Source of the DNA: an uncultured delta proteobacterium | GTDB taxonomy: Bacteria > Desulfobacterota > Binatia > Binatales > Binataceae | Length of the DNA: 64,000 nucleotides | Reading direction: 5' to 3' | Assembly: GCA_963724765.1 (NCBI GenBank) | Contig: CAVRVY010000003.1 | Location: forward strand, 1,344,001 to 1,408,000 | Shown: one piece after another, positions 37,881 to 47,337 of the stretch | Layout of the letters: each line of letters opens with the position of its first letter | Numbering within the stretch: the stretch's first letter is position 1 | Program-made: the position numbers and the translations under genes | The notes under the pieces: generated by a model | What the model was told of the DNA's origin: nothing | Databases searched by the model: none | What the model saw: the letters and a program-made list of their open reading frames with translations, nothing else

Positions 37881-38588
37881 TCAGCCCCGTCTGCGCGACG
37901 CTCGCGCGCGCGCCGCCGGCGCGCGCGCGAGCGTCGCGGCCGTGACGGCGGCCGTTGCCTCGACCGCCGCCGTCATCATCTCCAGCGTCATGCTCGGGGC
38001 CTGGCGATGGCGCACCGCCTGGCGCGCGGCGTACGGCAGGTGGATGAACCCGGCGACGATCTCGGGCCGCGGGGCGAGCGTATGCAGTGTCGCGTACATC
38101 ACCGAGTTGCACACGTACGCGCCGGCGCTCAGCGAGAGCGCCGCCGGGATTCCGCGGCGCTCGAGCGCGCGCAATATCGCGCGCAACGGAAGCCGCGCGA
38201 AAAGCGCGTCCGCGCCGCCGCGCACGACTGGCGTACCCGACAGGCCGCCGTCGCTCTCGCGGCCGGCGCGGCGCTCGACCAGGTTGATTGCGACCTTCTC
38301 CAGCGAAATCGTAGGACGCCCGCCCGCCTGTCCCAGACCGAGCACCGCGCGCGGACGAAATCGTCGGATCGCCGTCGCGATTGCGCGCACCGCGCGCGGC
38401 GTGCTGACCGGCAATTTCACCGCCTTGACGACGAGTCCGCCAATCTCGCGGCCGTCAAGCTGCGCGGCGACTTCCCATGACGGATTGCTGCGCTCGCCGC
38501 CGAACGGCTCGAAGGCGCTCAGCAGCAACACGCCGCGTGCGCGGCCGGCTTGAGCACGCTGCAGGTGCGAGCGCAGCGCGCGCTTCAT
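37881..38588 (-). CDS. pcp: Pyroglutamyl-peptidase I
   Basis: FEPFGGERSNPS, GLGQAGGR, catalytic Cys in SAGAYVCN, His in GFIHLP. Start ATG 38588 overlaps the rhodanese stop. Confidence 0.92.
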   Translation of the reverse strand: MKRALRSHLQRAQAGRARGVLLLSAFEPFGGERSNPSWEVAAQLDGREIGGLVVKAVKLPVSTPRAVRAIATAIRRFRPRAVLGLGQAGGRPTISLEKVAINLVERRAGRESDGGLSGTPVVRGGADALFARLPLRAILRALERRGIPAALSLSAGAYVCNSVMYATLHTLAPRPEIVAGFIHLPYAARQAVRHRQAPSMTLEMMTAAVEATAAVTAATLARAPAARARASRRRG

Positions 38589-39412
38589 TTGCGGCGCGGA
38601 TGCTCGATCGGCAGGTCTTCGCGGTTGCCCCATTCGCCCCATGACCCGATGTAGTTGCGCACGCGATTGAAGCCCGCGAGCCTGAGCGCGTAATACGCAT
38701 TGGCCGAGCGATAGCCGCCCTGGCAGTACGGAACGATCTCGGCCTCCGGACGCAGCCCCAGCCGCTCGAAGGCGGCGCGCAACTCGGAGGGCGGCTTGAA
38801 CGCGCCGCTGGCGGCCACGTTGTTGACCCAGTCCAGATGCACCGCGCCGGGCAACGCACCCGTGCGCCGCGCCCGAACGCGCTCGCCGAAGTATTCCTCG
38901 TCGGTGCGAACGTCGATAATCCGCACGTCGGCGCGGCCGAGTCGCTCGACGAGGTATTCGTTGGAGGCGAAAATCTCCGCGCGCGGCGCCCCCGCAAACG
39001 CGCCTGGCATGACCGGCTCGACGGCGGTCGTCAGTTCCGCGCCCGCCAGTTTCAGCCCGCCGTCGAGGGTGCGTACGCGCCGATGGCCCATGTACTCGGC
39101 GAGCCACGCCGCACGCGCCGCGCGCATCCCGGAGTCGTTCTCGTAAAAGACCAGCGTCTCGTCGCCGGTGATGCCGAGCGCCGAGAAGATCCATTCGAGC
39201 TGCGCGCGAAACTCGTGCATCCCGCGCTCGCTGGTATCGCAGTGATGGAACGGAAACGGATCGAAATGGCGCGCATCTTTCAGATGGCCGGCGCGAAAGT
39301 CGGCCGCCGAGCGCGTATCGACCAGCACCACGCGTCCGTCGGTGCGATGCTCGCCGAGCCAGCGCGCGTCGACCAGGATGTCGTTTTGATCTTCCTGCTC
39401 TCCAGACATCAT
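38585..39412 (-). CDS. Two-domain sulfurtransferase (rhodanese)
   Basis: GHLKDA, IIDVRT, active-site loop YCQGGYRS, NYIGSWGEW. Confidence 0.93.
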   Translation of the reverse strand: MMSGEQEDQNDILVDARWLGEHRTDGRVVLVDTRSAADFRAGHLKDARHFDPFPFHHCDTSERGMHEFRAQLEWIFSALGITGDETLVFYENDSGMRAARAAWLAEYMGHRRVRTLDGGLKLAGAELTTAVEPVMPGAFAGAPRAEIFASNEYLVERLGRADVRIIDVRTDEEYFGERVRARRTGALPGAVHLDWVNNVAASGAFKPPSELRAAFERLGLRPEAEIVPYCQGGYRSANAYYALRLAGFNRVRNYIGSWGEWGNREDLPIEHPRRK

Positions 39413-39450
39413 GTGCCTCTCATTATTATGTGGGCGGCGCTATTGGAGCG

Positions 39451-40548
39451 TTACGACGGTTCGCTCTCTTTGGCGGGCGCCGCGCTGCCGACCGCCTCGG
39501 CGATCGAACTAAGCCCGTCGCGCTCCAGCAATTCCAGCAGGCCCTGCTTGATTTGCCGCACCAGGTCCGGCCCCTCGTAAACCAGTCCCGTATACAACTC
39601 GACTAGTGTCGCGCCAGCGCAAATCAGATGGTAAGCGTCCTCGGCGCTGGCCACCCCGCCAACTCCGATTATCGGCATCCTGCCGCCGGTGCGGCGGCGA
39701 ATCTCCGCGACCATCGTGACCGCCCGCTTCCTAAGCGGCGCTCCGCTCAGCCCGCCCTCGTGCACCGTCTGCACGCCGACCGCCTCGCGCGCGGTCGTGG
39801 TGTTGCACGCGACCAATCCGTCTACGCCGGCCGCGGAGACCGCCTCGCACACTGAAGCCAGCACCGGCGAGTTGAGATCGGGCCCCAGCTTCACCAGCAC
39901 GGGCCTGCGCGGAGTGAGCTTGATGGCCTCGGCGAGAATCGGACGCATCAAGGGCGCAAGGCGCGCCGCCGACTGCCAGTCGCGCAGCCCGGGCGTATTC
40001 GGCGAACTGATGTTGATCACGATAAAGTCGGCCATCGCGCCCAGCCGTGCGACCAGCGTTGCGTAATCCGACGCCACGCGTTCCTGCGGCGTGTCCTTGT
40101 TGGGCCCCAGATTGAGCCCGAGCCGGATTTTCAATCTACGACGCCGCAGACGTTGAAGCCGGCGCGCCGCCCTTTCCATCCCTGCGCTCGGGAAGCCCAG
40201 CCGGTTCACCATCGCGCGATGTTCGGGCAGGCGCCACAGGCGCGGGCGCGGATTGCCGGGTTGCGCCAGCGGCGTTATCGTACCCAGCTCAGCGAAGCCG
40301 AAACCCACCGCCTGCCATCCGGCGACCGCGCGAATATCCTTATCCATTCCGGCCGCGAGTCCGATCGGGTTGGAAAACCGGATCCCCCACGGAGTCATGG
40401 CCAGCGCGGGCGGATCGGGCGCCGGCCTGCGCAGCATCGCGAGCGGCCGCATCATCGCGAGCGTCAACCGATGCGCGCGCTCGGGGTCGAGTTGGAAAAG
40501 CAGCGGCCGCACAATGCGGTGGTAGGAGGTTTCGACGGGCGGCGCCAT
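39451..40548 (-). CDS. pyrD: Quinone-dependent dihydroorotate dehydrogenase
   Basis: LDPERAH, NPIGLAAGMDK, GNPRPRLWRL, NISSPNTPGLR, GGLSG, IIGVGG. Start chosen at ATG 40548. Confidence 0.96.
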   Translation of the reverse strand: MAPPVETSYHRIVRPLLFQLDPERAHRLTLAMMRPLAMLRRPAPDPPALAMTPWGIRFSNPIGLAAGMDKDIRAVAGWQAVGFGFAELGTITPLAQPGNPRPRLWRLPEHRAMVNRLGFPSAGMERAARRLQRLRRRRLKIRLGLNLGPNKDTPQERVASDYATLVARLGAMADFIVINISSPNTPGLRDWQSAARLAPLMRPILAEAIKLTPRRPVLVKLGPDLNSPVLASVCEAVSAAGVDGLVACNTTTAREAVGVQTVHEGGLSGAPLRKRAVTMVAEIRRRTGGRMPIIGVGGVASAEDAYHLICAGATLVELYTGLVYEGPDLVRQIKQGLLELLERDGLSSIAEAVGSAAPAKESEPS

Positions 40549-40704
40549 GAGCGGGAATCTAGGAGTCTCGGGGCCGCCGCGCAATGGCCGACGCGGAGCT
40601 GTATCAGGCAGCGAACTGTCTGTTGATGGAGTTGATAACGGCGCGCGGCGGCGATTACGTTCATCTCGCCAGTGAAATATAGTAAGGAACGGGATGATGC
40701 AGCG

Positions 40705-41541
40705 ATGACCGTGAACAACAGCCGCGCCGAAATGCAGGTCAAGCTTATCGACTATGCGAGCGATCCGCTGGAGAAGCTCTACGCGGCGTTTCGCACCTGC
40801 TACTCGTCGGATTCCCCGATCGAAGTCTGGGAAAAGATCCGGACCGAGAAGATCAGCCACGAACGCGTGCGCGAGTTCATCGCCGAGCGCCTCAAGACCG
40901 GCCATGCCTCGCCGCTGGAGCAGATCGTGTTCTGGTTCGCGATCGCCGGTGTGTCGCGCTCGCTCTCGCATCAGTTCGTCCGCCATCGCATCGGCATCAG
41001 CTTCGAGCAGCAGAGCCAGCGCTACGTCAAATTAAAGCAGGATCGGCTGGCCTTCGTGATGCCCGATTCGTGGCGCCGCGCCGGCATGGAGGAAGAGTTC
41101 GCCGGATTGCTCGAACGCACGTCGGAACTTTACGCTCGCGCGCTCAAGGCGGGGATTCCCGCCGAGGACGCGCGTTTCGTGCTGCCCAACGCGGCGCCGA
41201 CCAATTTCCACGTGATGGTGAATTTCGCAGAGATGTTACACATCTGCGATCTGCGTCTGTGCGTGCGGGCGCAGTGGGAGATCCGGCGGATGGTGGCGAT
41301 GATGCGGGCTGAGATAAAGCACGTGCTGCCCGAGATCGCCGTATTCCTGCAGCCCAAGTGTGGCGAGAACCGGATGGGCTATTGCGACGAGTCGCTCGAG
41401 GACTGGCAGAAATGTCCGCTGGGCCGCGTGCGCCCGCACAAGGCCGGTCTGTTCGAACTCTACGAACGCCACGGCGCCCGCAAGGCCGAAGCACTCGGCG
41501 AGGCCGAATTCCGCGCGGTCGAAGAGAAGGAACTTCTTTAG
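40705..41541 (+). CDS. thyX: FAD-dependent thymidylate synthase
   Basis: GHASPLE, ThyX motif RHRIGISFEQQSQRY, EDARFVLP, AQWEIR. Confidence 0.96.
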   Translation: MTVNNSRAEMQVKLIDYASDPLEKLYAAFRTCYSSDSPIEVWEKIRTEKISHERVREFIAERLKTGHASPLEQIVFWFAIAGVSRSLSHQFVRHRIGISFEQQSQRYVKLKQDRLAFVMPDSWRRAGMEEEFAGLLERTSELYARALKAGIPAEDARFVLPNAAPTNFHVMVNFAEMLHICDLRLCVRAQWEIRRMVAMMRAEIKHVLPEIAVFLQPKCGENRMGYCDESLEDWQKCPLGRVRPHKAGLFELYERHGARKAEALGEAEFRAVEEKELL

Positions 41542-41606
41542 CCGAAGGTTTCGCGCTCGTGCGGCATGGTGCTGACGAATGCGCCTCGGTGGGATCGGCA
41601 ATCGCC

Positions 41607-41628
41607 AAATATATTCGCAGATATATTT
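41607..41628. promoter_or_regulatory. AT-rich inverted repeat just upstream of the UDG gene (possible operator)
   Basis: AAATATAT-TCGCAG-ATATATTT, ending 13 bp before ATG 41642. Confidence 0.45.
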
Positions 41629-41641
41629 CGCGGATTATTCG

Positions 41642-42313
41642 ATGGGCGGCGAATTCGATACGGCGACCGGCCGATTGCGCGCGTTGCGCGCCGCGATGCT
41701 CGGGTGCGTGCGATGCGCGGCGCTAGTCAAGTGCCGTTCGCAAGTGGTGCCGGGCCACGGCGCCGCGCCAGCGACGGTTGCGTTCGTCGGCTTGGCGCCG
41801 GGACGGCTGGGCGGCGACCGCACCGGAATTCCATTTAGCGGCGACCGTTCGGGAAACCTGCTGCGCCTGATGATCGCTCGCGCCGATCTCGGGCGCGTCT
41901 TCATCACCAACGTGGTCCGATGCAATCCGCGCGACGGGCGCGGGCGCAACCGCGATCCCAGCGCGCGCGAGATCGCCAACTGCCGCGACCACCTGGCGGC
42001 CGAGCTCGCCGCAGTCCGTCCGCGGGTCGTCGTCTGCCTGGGAGCCGTGGCCTGGCGCGAGATGGCCGGGAGCGAGGCGCCATTTCGGCCGCACTGCCGT
42101 GTCGCACGCAGCAACGGCGGCGTAATGCTATATCCGATGTATCATCCGGCTTACGTTGTGCGCGGCGCTTACCCGGTACAGGCGTATGTGCGGGATTTCT
42201 TGCGGCTTGCGCGTTTGCTTGGCACACTGGCGCCGCGCAGGCGCACCAATACGTCGTTATCGGAGCAGTGCCCTGCGCCAGTAAAACCGCATACCGACTT
42301 GGGAATGAGTTGA
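41642..42313 (+). CDS. Uracil-DNA glycosylase, Fe-S type (family 5-like)
   Basis: CVRC Fe-S motif, VGLAPG..G.DRTGIPFSGDRSG, TNVVRC.P, YHPAY. Confidence 0.88.
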   Translation: MGGEFDTATGRLRALRAAMLGCVRCAALVKCRSQVVPGHGAAPATVAFVGLAPGRLGGDRTGIPFSGDRSGNLLRLMIARADLGRVFITNVVRCNPRDGRGRNRDPSAREIANCRDHLAAELAAVRPRVVVCLGAVAWREMAGSEAPFRPHCRVARSNGGVMLYPMYHPAYVVRGAYPVQAYVRDFLRLARLLGTLAPRRRTNTSLSEQCPAPVKPHTDLGMS

Positions 42314-42521
42314 AGTCTTCACCACCCTCTGGATTGGACGCCGGGCGGCGCGGATGTCGCTCGAGGCTCCGGGCCGGATGGTTGAAGCAGTCAGTTTTCC
42401 GCGTCCAGCCCATGCGGCCTGGGCCGGGACGAGGTCGGCATCTATATGTAGTCCGGCGACGTGACGAGCGCGGCGCAGTTAGCCATTCGCGCCATCGATG
42501 CGTCCATCCCGCCGGGTCTCT

Positions 42522-42824
42522 CTAGCGGTCCCGTCCGCCGCCGCCACCACCGGGGCGCCGCTCGCGATCGTTTCCGCTGCGAGCCTGCGCCTCGTTGACG
42601 CGAATCGGGCGTCCCTTAATGTCTCTGCCGTTGAGCTTTTTGATCGCCGCCTCCGCGGCATCATCCGAGGCCATCTCGACAAAGCCGAAACCGCGTGACC
42701 GATTGGTCGCACGATCGATGATGACCTGGGAACTGTCTACCTTACCCGCCTCGGAAAACGCATCCTGCAGGTCCTGATCTGTGACAGTCCAAGCTAGATT
42801 CCCCACATACAGTCTACGGCCCAT
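42522..42824 (-). CDS. RRM RNA-binding protein
   Basis: RNP2 LYVGNL, RNP1 RGFGFVEM, Gly-rich tail; AGGAG RBS. Confidence 0.96.
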   Translation of the reverse strand: MGRRLYVGNLAWTVTDQDLQDAFSEAGKVDSSQVIIDRATNRSRGFGFVEMASDDAAEAAIKKLNGRDIKGRPIRVNEAQARSGNDRERRPGGGGGGRDR

Positions 42825-43626
42825 TCAGAATTCTCCTGCTCACCTTTGACGCCAGATGCTAAGCGCGTCGCACGATCCTTGCGCCTGTCTCCTCGCACAA
42901 TGCCGACCGAAATCCTCCCGATAGACATTCCAAAAGCGAACTATCGTGACGCACGATACGTCCAAAATAGCGTAATTTTTATACCATCGAGTCATGTATA
43001 AGCATAGGGTTGCCAGAATATAGCAGTTACAAGCAGTGTGTTGCTTTAAGATGCTTTATCGTTGCGAAATCGAGCCTCCGCAAACCGCAGCCGAGGCTTT
43101 CTGACTCTCACAATTGCCATCTGAAGTTTAAAAGAGTCGTCGAAGCGTCCGGTCGAAATCCCACACTTTGTTCGACACGCCGGTATTCAACAAGCTCGAG
43201 CGCATAGGGGGTGCTAGAAACCCAAACCGGGACCAGACCTGGCAACTCAATGTCATTTGCAGGCACGCGATGCCGGCGCAAATAATCAAAAAGAGACATC
43301 GGTACGATCGTGAGTATGCGGCGATGCGGTAGTCGTGCGGCCACGATCAGAGCGGAGCCAATTTGGTCACCAGTGGCGAGCCGAAACTGATTTTCACCTG
43401 ATTTTTCATCTTATATACGCGGCACAAGTAACCATCCAGCGCGAGTATTTCCTAATGCTCTGCACAAGTAACACCTGGCGCAAGCATTGGTGATAGCCAT
43501 GAACTACTAAACTCTGTTAGTATCATCAGGTAAGTTCGGCAAAGTGCTTGTGGATCAGAGGTTCGTTGTGTAGCGTAATAGCGCTTTAATTTCTGCCGAA
43601 ACTCATTTAGCCAAGGAGACTACTGG

Positions 43627-44040
43627 ATGCCACGAACGAAAGGCTCCGCATCGACCGCGTCCGCAATCCGCCAGGTGCAGCGCCAGGCCGGCTCAGTGCT
43701 GGCCAAGTTGCGCAAGGATATTCACGCCAAGGAGATCGAACTCGCACGCCTCAAGCGTGACGAGGAAGCGCTGGGTCGGCTTGCCGGACGTGGCGGCGCG
43801 CGTGGCGGTGTCGCGCGTGGACCGCGGGAGACGGATGGCGCAGGTGGAGGCGGCGGCGGCGGGCGAATCAACTGGCGCAGCGTGCTTGCGCAGTTGCCCA
43901 AACAGTTCAAAGCCTCCAACGTTCGCCAAGTGCGTGGGCTCAAGGAAAAGCGCCCGTCAGAAATCTTTGCCGCGATCACGCGCTGGATCGATGCTGGATT
44001 GGCCAAGCGCAAGACTCGCGGGCTTTACGAAAAAGCCTAG
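43627..44040 (+). CDS. Small basic hypothetical protein: coiled coil, Gly/Arg linker, wHTH-like C-terminus
   Basis: AAGGAG RBS; LRKDIHAKEIELARLKRDEEAL heptads; C-terminal AITRWIDAGLAKRKTRGLY. Confidence 0.8.
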   Translation: MPRTKGSASTASAIRQVQRQAGSVLAKLRKDIHAKEIELARLKRDEEALGRLAGRGGARGGVARGPRETDGAGGGGGGGRINWRSVLAQLPKQFKASNVRQVRGLKEKRPSEIFAAITRWIDAGLAKRKTRGLYEKA

Positions 44041-44278
44041 CGCGCGCGCCGCATCGGCCAGTCCGCATCGCGCTCCGCCGCAGGGCAGGAGTTATTGCGG
44101 GGGAGCTATCCTGTAGCGCCCCGGTTGCGACACTGCCACCGCGAACGCAATGAAGTTACCCGGCACGCGGAAATATCTACTTTCACCGCGCCGCGGAGGC
44201 TCGTGCGAAAATCGGTGTGCAAATGCGTGCAAGCGTCCGGCGAACTATTCGTGCGCGACTGACTTCGGCTGATTCGAC

Positions 44279-45313
44279 ATGGCAGTAAGAACCATCGAGT
44301 GGCGCAATGATACGGTGCGCATGATCGACCAGCGCCTGCTGCCGGCGCGCGAAGTCATCCGCGTATACCGCGATTGGCGCGGCGTCGCGGAGGCGATCCG
44401 CACGATGGTGATTCGGGGCGCGCCCGCGATCGGTGTCGCGGCTGCGATGGGTGTGGCGCTGGGGATGCGCGGTCTCAACGGCGCGCGAGCCCGCGCGCGG
44501 TTCGCCCAGGTTGCCAAGGGCCTCTGCGCAACGCGGCCCACCGCGGTCAACCTGGCCTGGGCGGTAGAGCGGATGGGCCGGGTGGTCGAGCGCGGCCTCA
44601 AGCTCGACGCGCCGCATCTTTTCCGAAGCCTGCGCGACGAGGCGCTGGCCATATACGAGGAAGACCTCGCCGCCAATCGTGCGCTGGGCCGCTTCGGCGC
44701 GACGCTGCTCGCCGACCCTTCGACGGTGCTCACCCATTGCAATGCCGGAGCGCTGGCCACGGCAGGCTACGGCACCGCGCTGGGCGTGGTGCGCGCCGCG
44801 CGCGAGGCGGGCAAGAAGATCGCGGTCGTCGCCGACGAGACGCGGCCTTTCATGCAGGGCGCGCGCCTGACCGCATGGGAGTTGCACAAGGACCGCATCC
44901 CGGTGACGGTCATCGCCGACAACATGGCGGCGAGCGTGCTCCGCAGCGGAGGCGTGAGTTGTGTGGTGGTCGGCACCGATCGCACGGCGGCCAACGGCGA
45001 CGTCGCCAACAAGATCGGCACTTATCCGCTGGCTGTGATGGCTAAGCGCCACGGCGTGCCATTTTACGTTGCGGCGCCACTGTCGTCGATCGATCTCAAT
45101 TGTCCAAGCGGCGCCGAAATTCCGATCGAGCAACGATCGGCTAGCGAAATAACTCATCTCGGCGGCGAGCAGATCACACCCCGAGGCGTCAAAGTCTTCA
45201 ATCCCGCCTTCGACGTAACGCCGGCCGAGTTGGTAACCGCGATCATCACCGAACGCGGAATTGCCTATCCGCCATATGTGAAGAGCCTGGCCGCGCTCAA
45301 ACGCGAGACCTGA
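44279..45313 (+). CDS. mtnA: S-methyl-5-thioribose-1-phosphate isomerase
   Basis: IDQRLLP, RGAPAIG, RPTAVNL, THCNAGALAT, DETRP, NGDVANKIGT, NPAFDVTP. Confidence 0.97.
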   Translation: MAVRTIEWRNDTVRMIDQRLLPAREVIRVYRDWRGVAEAIRTMVIRGAPAIGVAAAMGVALGMRGLNGARARARFAQVAKGLCATRPTAVNLAWAVERMGRVVERGLKLDAPHLFRSLRDEALAIYEEDLAANRALGRFGATLLADPSTVLTHCNAGALATAGYGTALGVVRAAREAGKKIAVVADETRPFMQGARLTAWELHKDRIPVTVIADNMAASVLRSGGVSCVVVGTDRTAANGDVANKIGTYPLAVMAKRHGVPFYVAAPLSSIDLNCPSGAEIPIEQRSASEITHLGGEQITPRGVKVFNPAFDVTPAELVTAIITERGIAYPPYVKSLAALKRET

Positions 45314-45533
45314 TTCGAGCGTGGCGCGCGGCGGTAAGGCCACCCGGCAGGCGCAATCGACGACGCGGAGTTCCGAACCTCAACCAGTATTCTCGCTTCT
45401 TCATCATAAGCCGGAAATGTTACATGGTGAGCCGTCGCTTCATGGTCGTCTTGCCGATCAAACATAGGTACTCGGGGCTGGTGAACAAGGTGCAAGCTCT
45501 GAGATAAGCACCAAGTCAGGCAAGTCATCCTGG

Positions 45534-46340
45534 TCAGGCGCGCCAGCCGACCGCCTGCGCGAGTCCATCGCCCAGCAGGTTGAACCCCAACACCGAAGCC
45601 CCAATCGCAACGCCCGGCGCGGTAGTCAAATGCGGCGCAACGAGCAGGAATGCACGTCCGGTATCGAGCATGTTGCCCCAGCTCGGCGCGGGCGGCAGCG
45701 CTCCCAGCCCCAGGAACGAGAGTGCGGCCTCGGCGATGATGATTCCACCGACGCCGAAGGTCGCCTGCACTGCGACCGGGCCGGCCAGGCCGGGCAGCAG
45801 ATGGCGGAACAGCAGACGGCTGGGCGACGCACCCAGCGCGCGGGCCGCCTCAACGTATTCGCGTTCGCGCAGCGATAGCACTTCGCCGCGAACCAGCCTC
45901 GCGTAGCCAGTCCATCCCATCGCAGTCAGCGCCACAACCAGGTCGATGAGACCGGGGCCAAGAATTGCGGCGAGCGCAATCGCGAGCAGAAAGCCGGGGA
46001 ACGCCAGCACGATATCGACCAGGCGCATCACGATCGAATCGACGCGCCCGCCCGCCAGCGCCGCACCGCCGCCAATGATGCTGCCCGCGGCGAGCGAGAG
46101 CGCCACCACCGTGGTCGAGACCACCAGCGACAGCCGCGCTCCCCACAGCACGCGGGCCAGCATGTCGCGTCCGAGCGCGTCGCATCCGAGCCAATGGCCG
46201 CGGCCGGGCGGCGCAAGCACCTGCGTTAGATCGATCGCGAACGGGTCTGTGTGCACCAGGAGCGGGCCCAACGCGGCCGCCATCGCGATCACCGCGACGA
46301 TCGCGCAGCCCGCGATCAGGGAGGGATTGCGCCGCGCCAT
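45534..46340 (-). CDS. Peptide/nickel ABC permease (DppC-like)
   Basis: HWLGCDALGRD, EYVEAARALGA EAA loop, LSFLGLG, PSWG. Confidence 0.94.
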   Translation of the reverse strand: MARRNPSLIAGCAIVAVIAMAAALGPLLVHTDPFAIDLTQVLAPPGRGHWLGCDALGRDMLARVLWGARLSLVVSTTVVALSLAAGSIIGGGAALAGGRVDSIVMRLVDIVLAFPGFLLAIALAAILGPGLIDLVVALTAMGWTGYARLVRGEVLSLREREYVEAARALGASPSRLLFRHLLPGLAGPVAVQATFGVGGIIIAEAALSFLGLGALPPAPSWGNMLDTGRAFLLVAPHLTTAPGVAIGASVLGFNLLGDGLAQAVGWRA

Positions 46341-46410
46341 TCTTCATTCCTCCGCAACGCGCATTCATCCGCGGCTTGCGTATGCGTCGCCATCCGCATT
46401 GCGAATGCCA

Positions 46411-47337
46411 CTAAACGCGGATGAGGCGAATCCGCGGGTCCACCATGCTGTAGACCAGGTCGGTAGCCATATTGACCAGTACGTAACTCAGCGCGAAGGT
46501 GAGTACGCAACCTTCGACCAGCGGATAATCGCGCGCGTTTATCGCGGCCATTAGCAAGCGCCCCATCCCGGGCCACGAGAAGATCATCTCGGTAACGATC
46601 GCGCCGGTCAGCAGCGCGCCGGTCTCCAGTCCGAGCAGCGTGATCAGCGGTGTGAGCGCGTTGCGCAGTCCGTGGCGCATCAGCGCGGCGAACGCGCTCA
46701 GTCCCTTGCTGCGCGCGGTGCGGATATAGTCGGCCTCGCGCACCTGGACCAGACTCTGGCGCAGCATCCGCGCCAGGATCGCCGCCAGCGCCGTCCCCAG
46801 CGTCATCGCCGGCAGCACCAGGTGCGCCAGGCCGCCGCGTCCGGTCAACGGAAACCATCCGAGATCGAGTGAGAAGACGATCATCATAAGCGGGCCGAGA
46901 TAGAGATGAGGTACGGAGATACCGAGGATCGCAAAGCCCATCGCGCCCATGTCGGCGGCGCCGCCGGGATTGGCGCCTGCGATGAGGCCGAGCGGTAAGG
47001 CGAGCACGATCGCGACCAGCAATCCGGCGCCCGCCAACTCCAGCGTCGCCGGGAACCGTTCGGCGATTAGCCGTACAACCGGTTCTTTCATCGAAATCGA
47101 TTCGCCGAGGTCGCCATGCGCAAGACCCCATAGGAAACCGGCATACTGCGCGGCAATTGGACGGTCGAGCCCCAACTCATGGCGCAGCCCTTCGATATCC
47201 GCGGGCCCCGCGGTGTCGCCAAGCATCGCGACCACCGGATCGCCGGGCACCAGGTGGATGAGCGCGAAGGTCAGCGTCGCGACGCCCAGCGCGACCGGAA
47301 CGAGCGCGATGAGGCGGCGGACGAAGTACCCAATCAC
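46411..47337 (-). CDS. Peptide/nickel ABC permease (DppB-like)
   Basis: VPGDP, GLDRP, DYIRTARSKGL, EMIFSWPGMG, DPRI. GTG start overlaps the upstream TGA. Confidence 0.94.
   Translation of the reverse strand: MIGYFVRRLIALVPVALGVATLTFALIHLVPGDPVVAMLGDTAGPADIEGLRHELGLDRPIAAQYAGFLWGLAHGDLGESISMKEPVVRLIAERFPATLELAGAGLLVAIVLALPLGLIAGANPGGAADMGAMGFAILGISVPHLYLGPLMMIVFSLDLGWFPLTGRGGLAHLVLPAMTLGTALAAILARMLRQSLVQVREADYIRTARSKGLSAFAALMRHGLRNALTPLITLLGLETGALLTGAIVTEMIFSWPGMGRLLMAAINARDYPLVEGCVLTFALSYVLVNMATDLVYSMVDPRIRLIRV

Noticed and set aside
37881-39194. 437-aa ORF suggesting a large Pcp fusion protein
   Set aside because: The upstream part is an alternate frame of the rhodanese gene; pcp starts at ATG 38588 with an ATGA overlap.
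43108-43344. Short ORFs in the RRM / basic-protein intergenic region
   Set aside because: No RBS, atypical codon usage and no motifs; treated as non-coding regulatory DNA.
44041-44278. SAM riboswitch upstream of mtnA
   Set aside because: No SAM-I or SAM-II consensus elements seen.
45314-45533. GC-poorer spacer between convergent mtnA and dppC, considered as a 6S/SRP-type ncRNA
   Set aside because: No recognisable conserved motif or long self-complementary rod found by eye.
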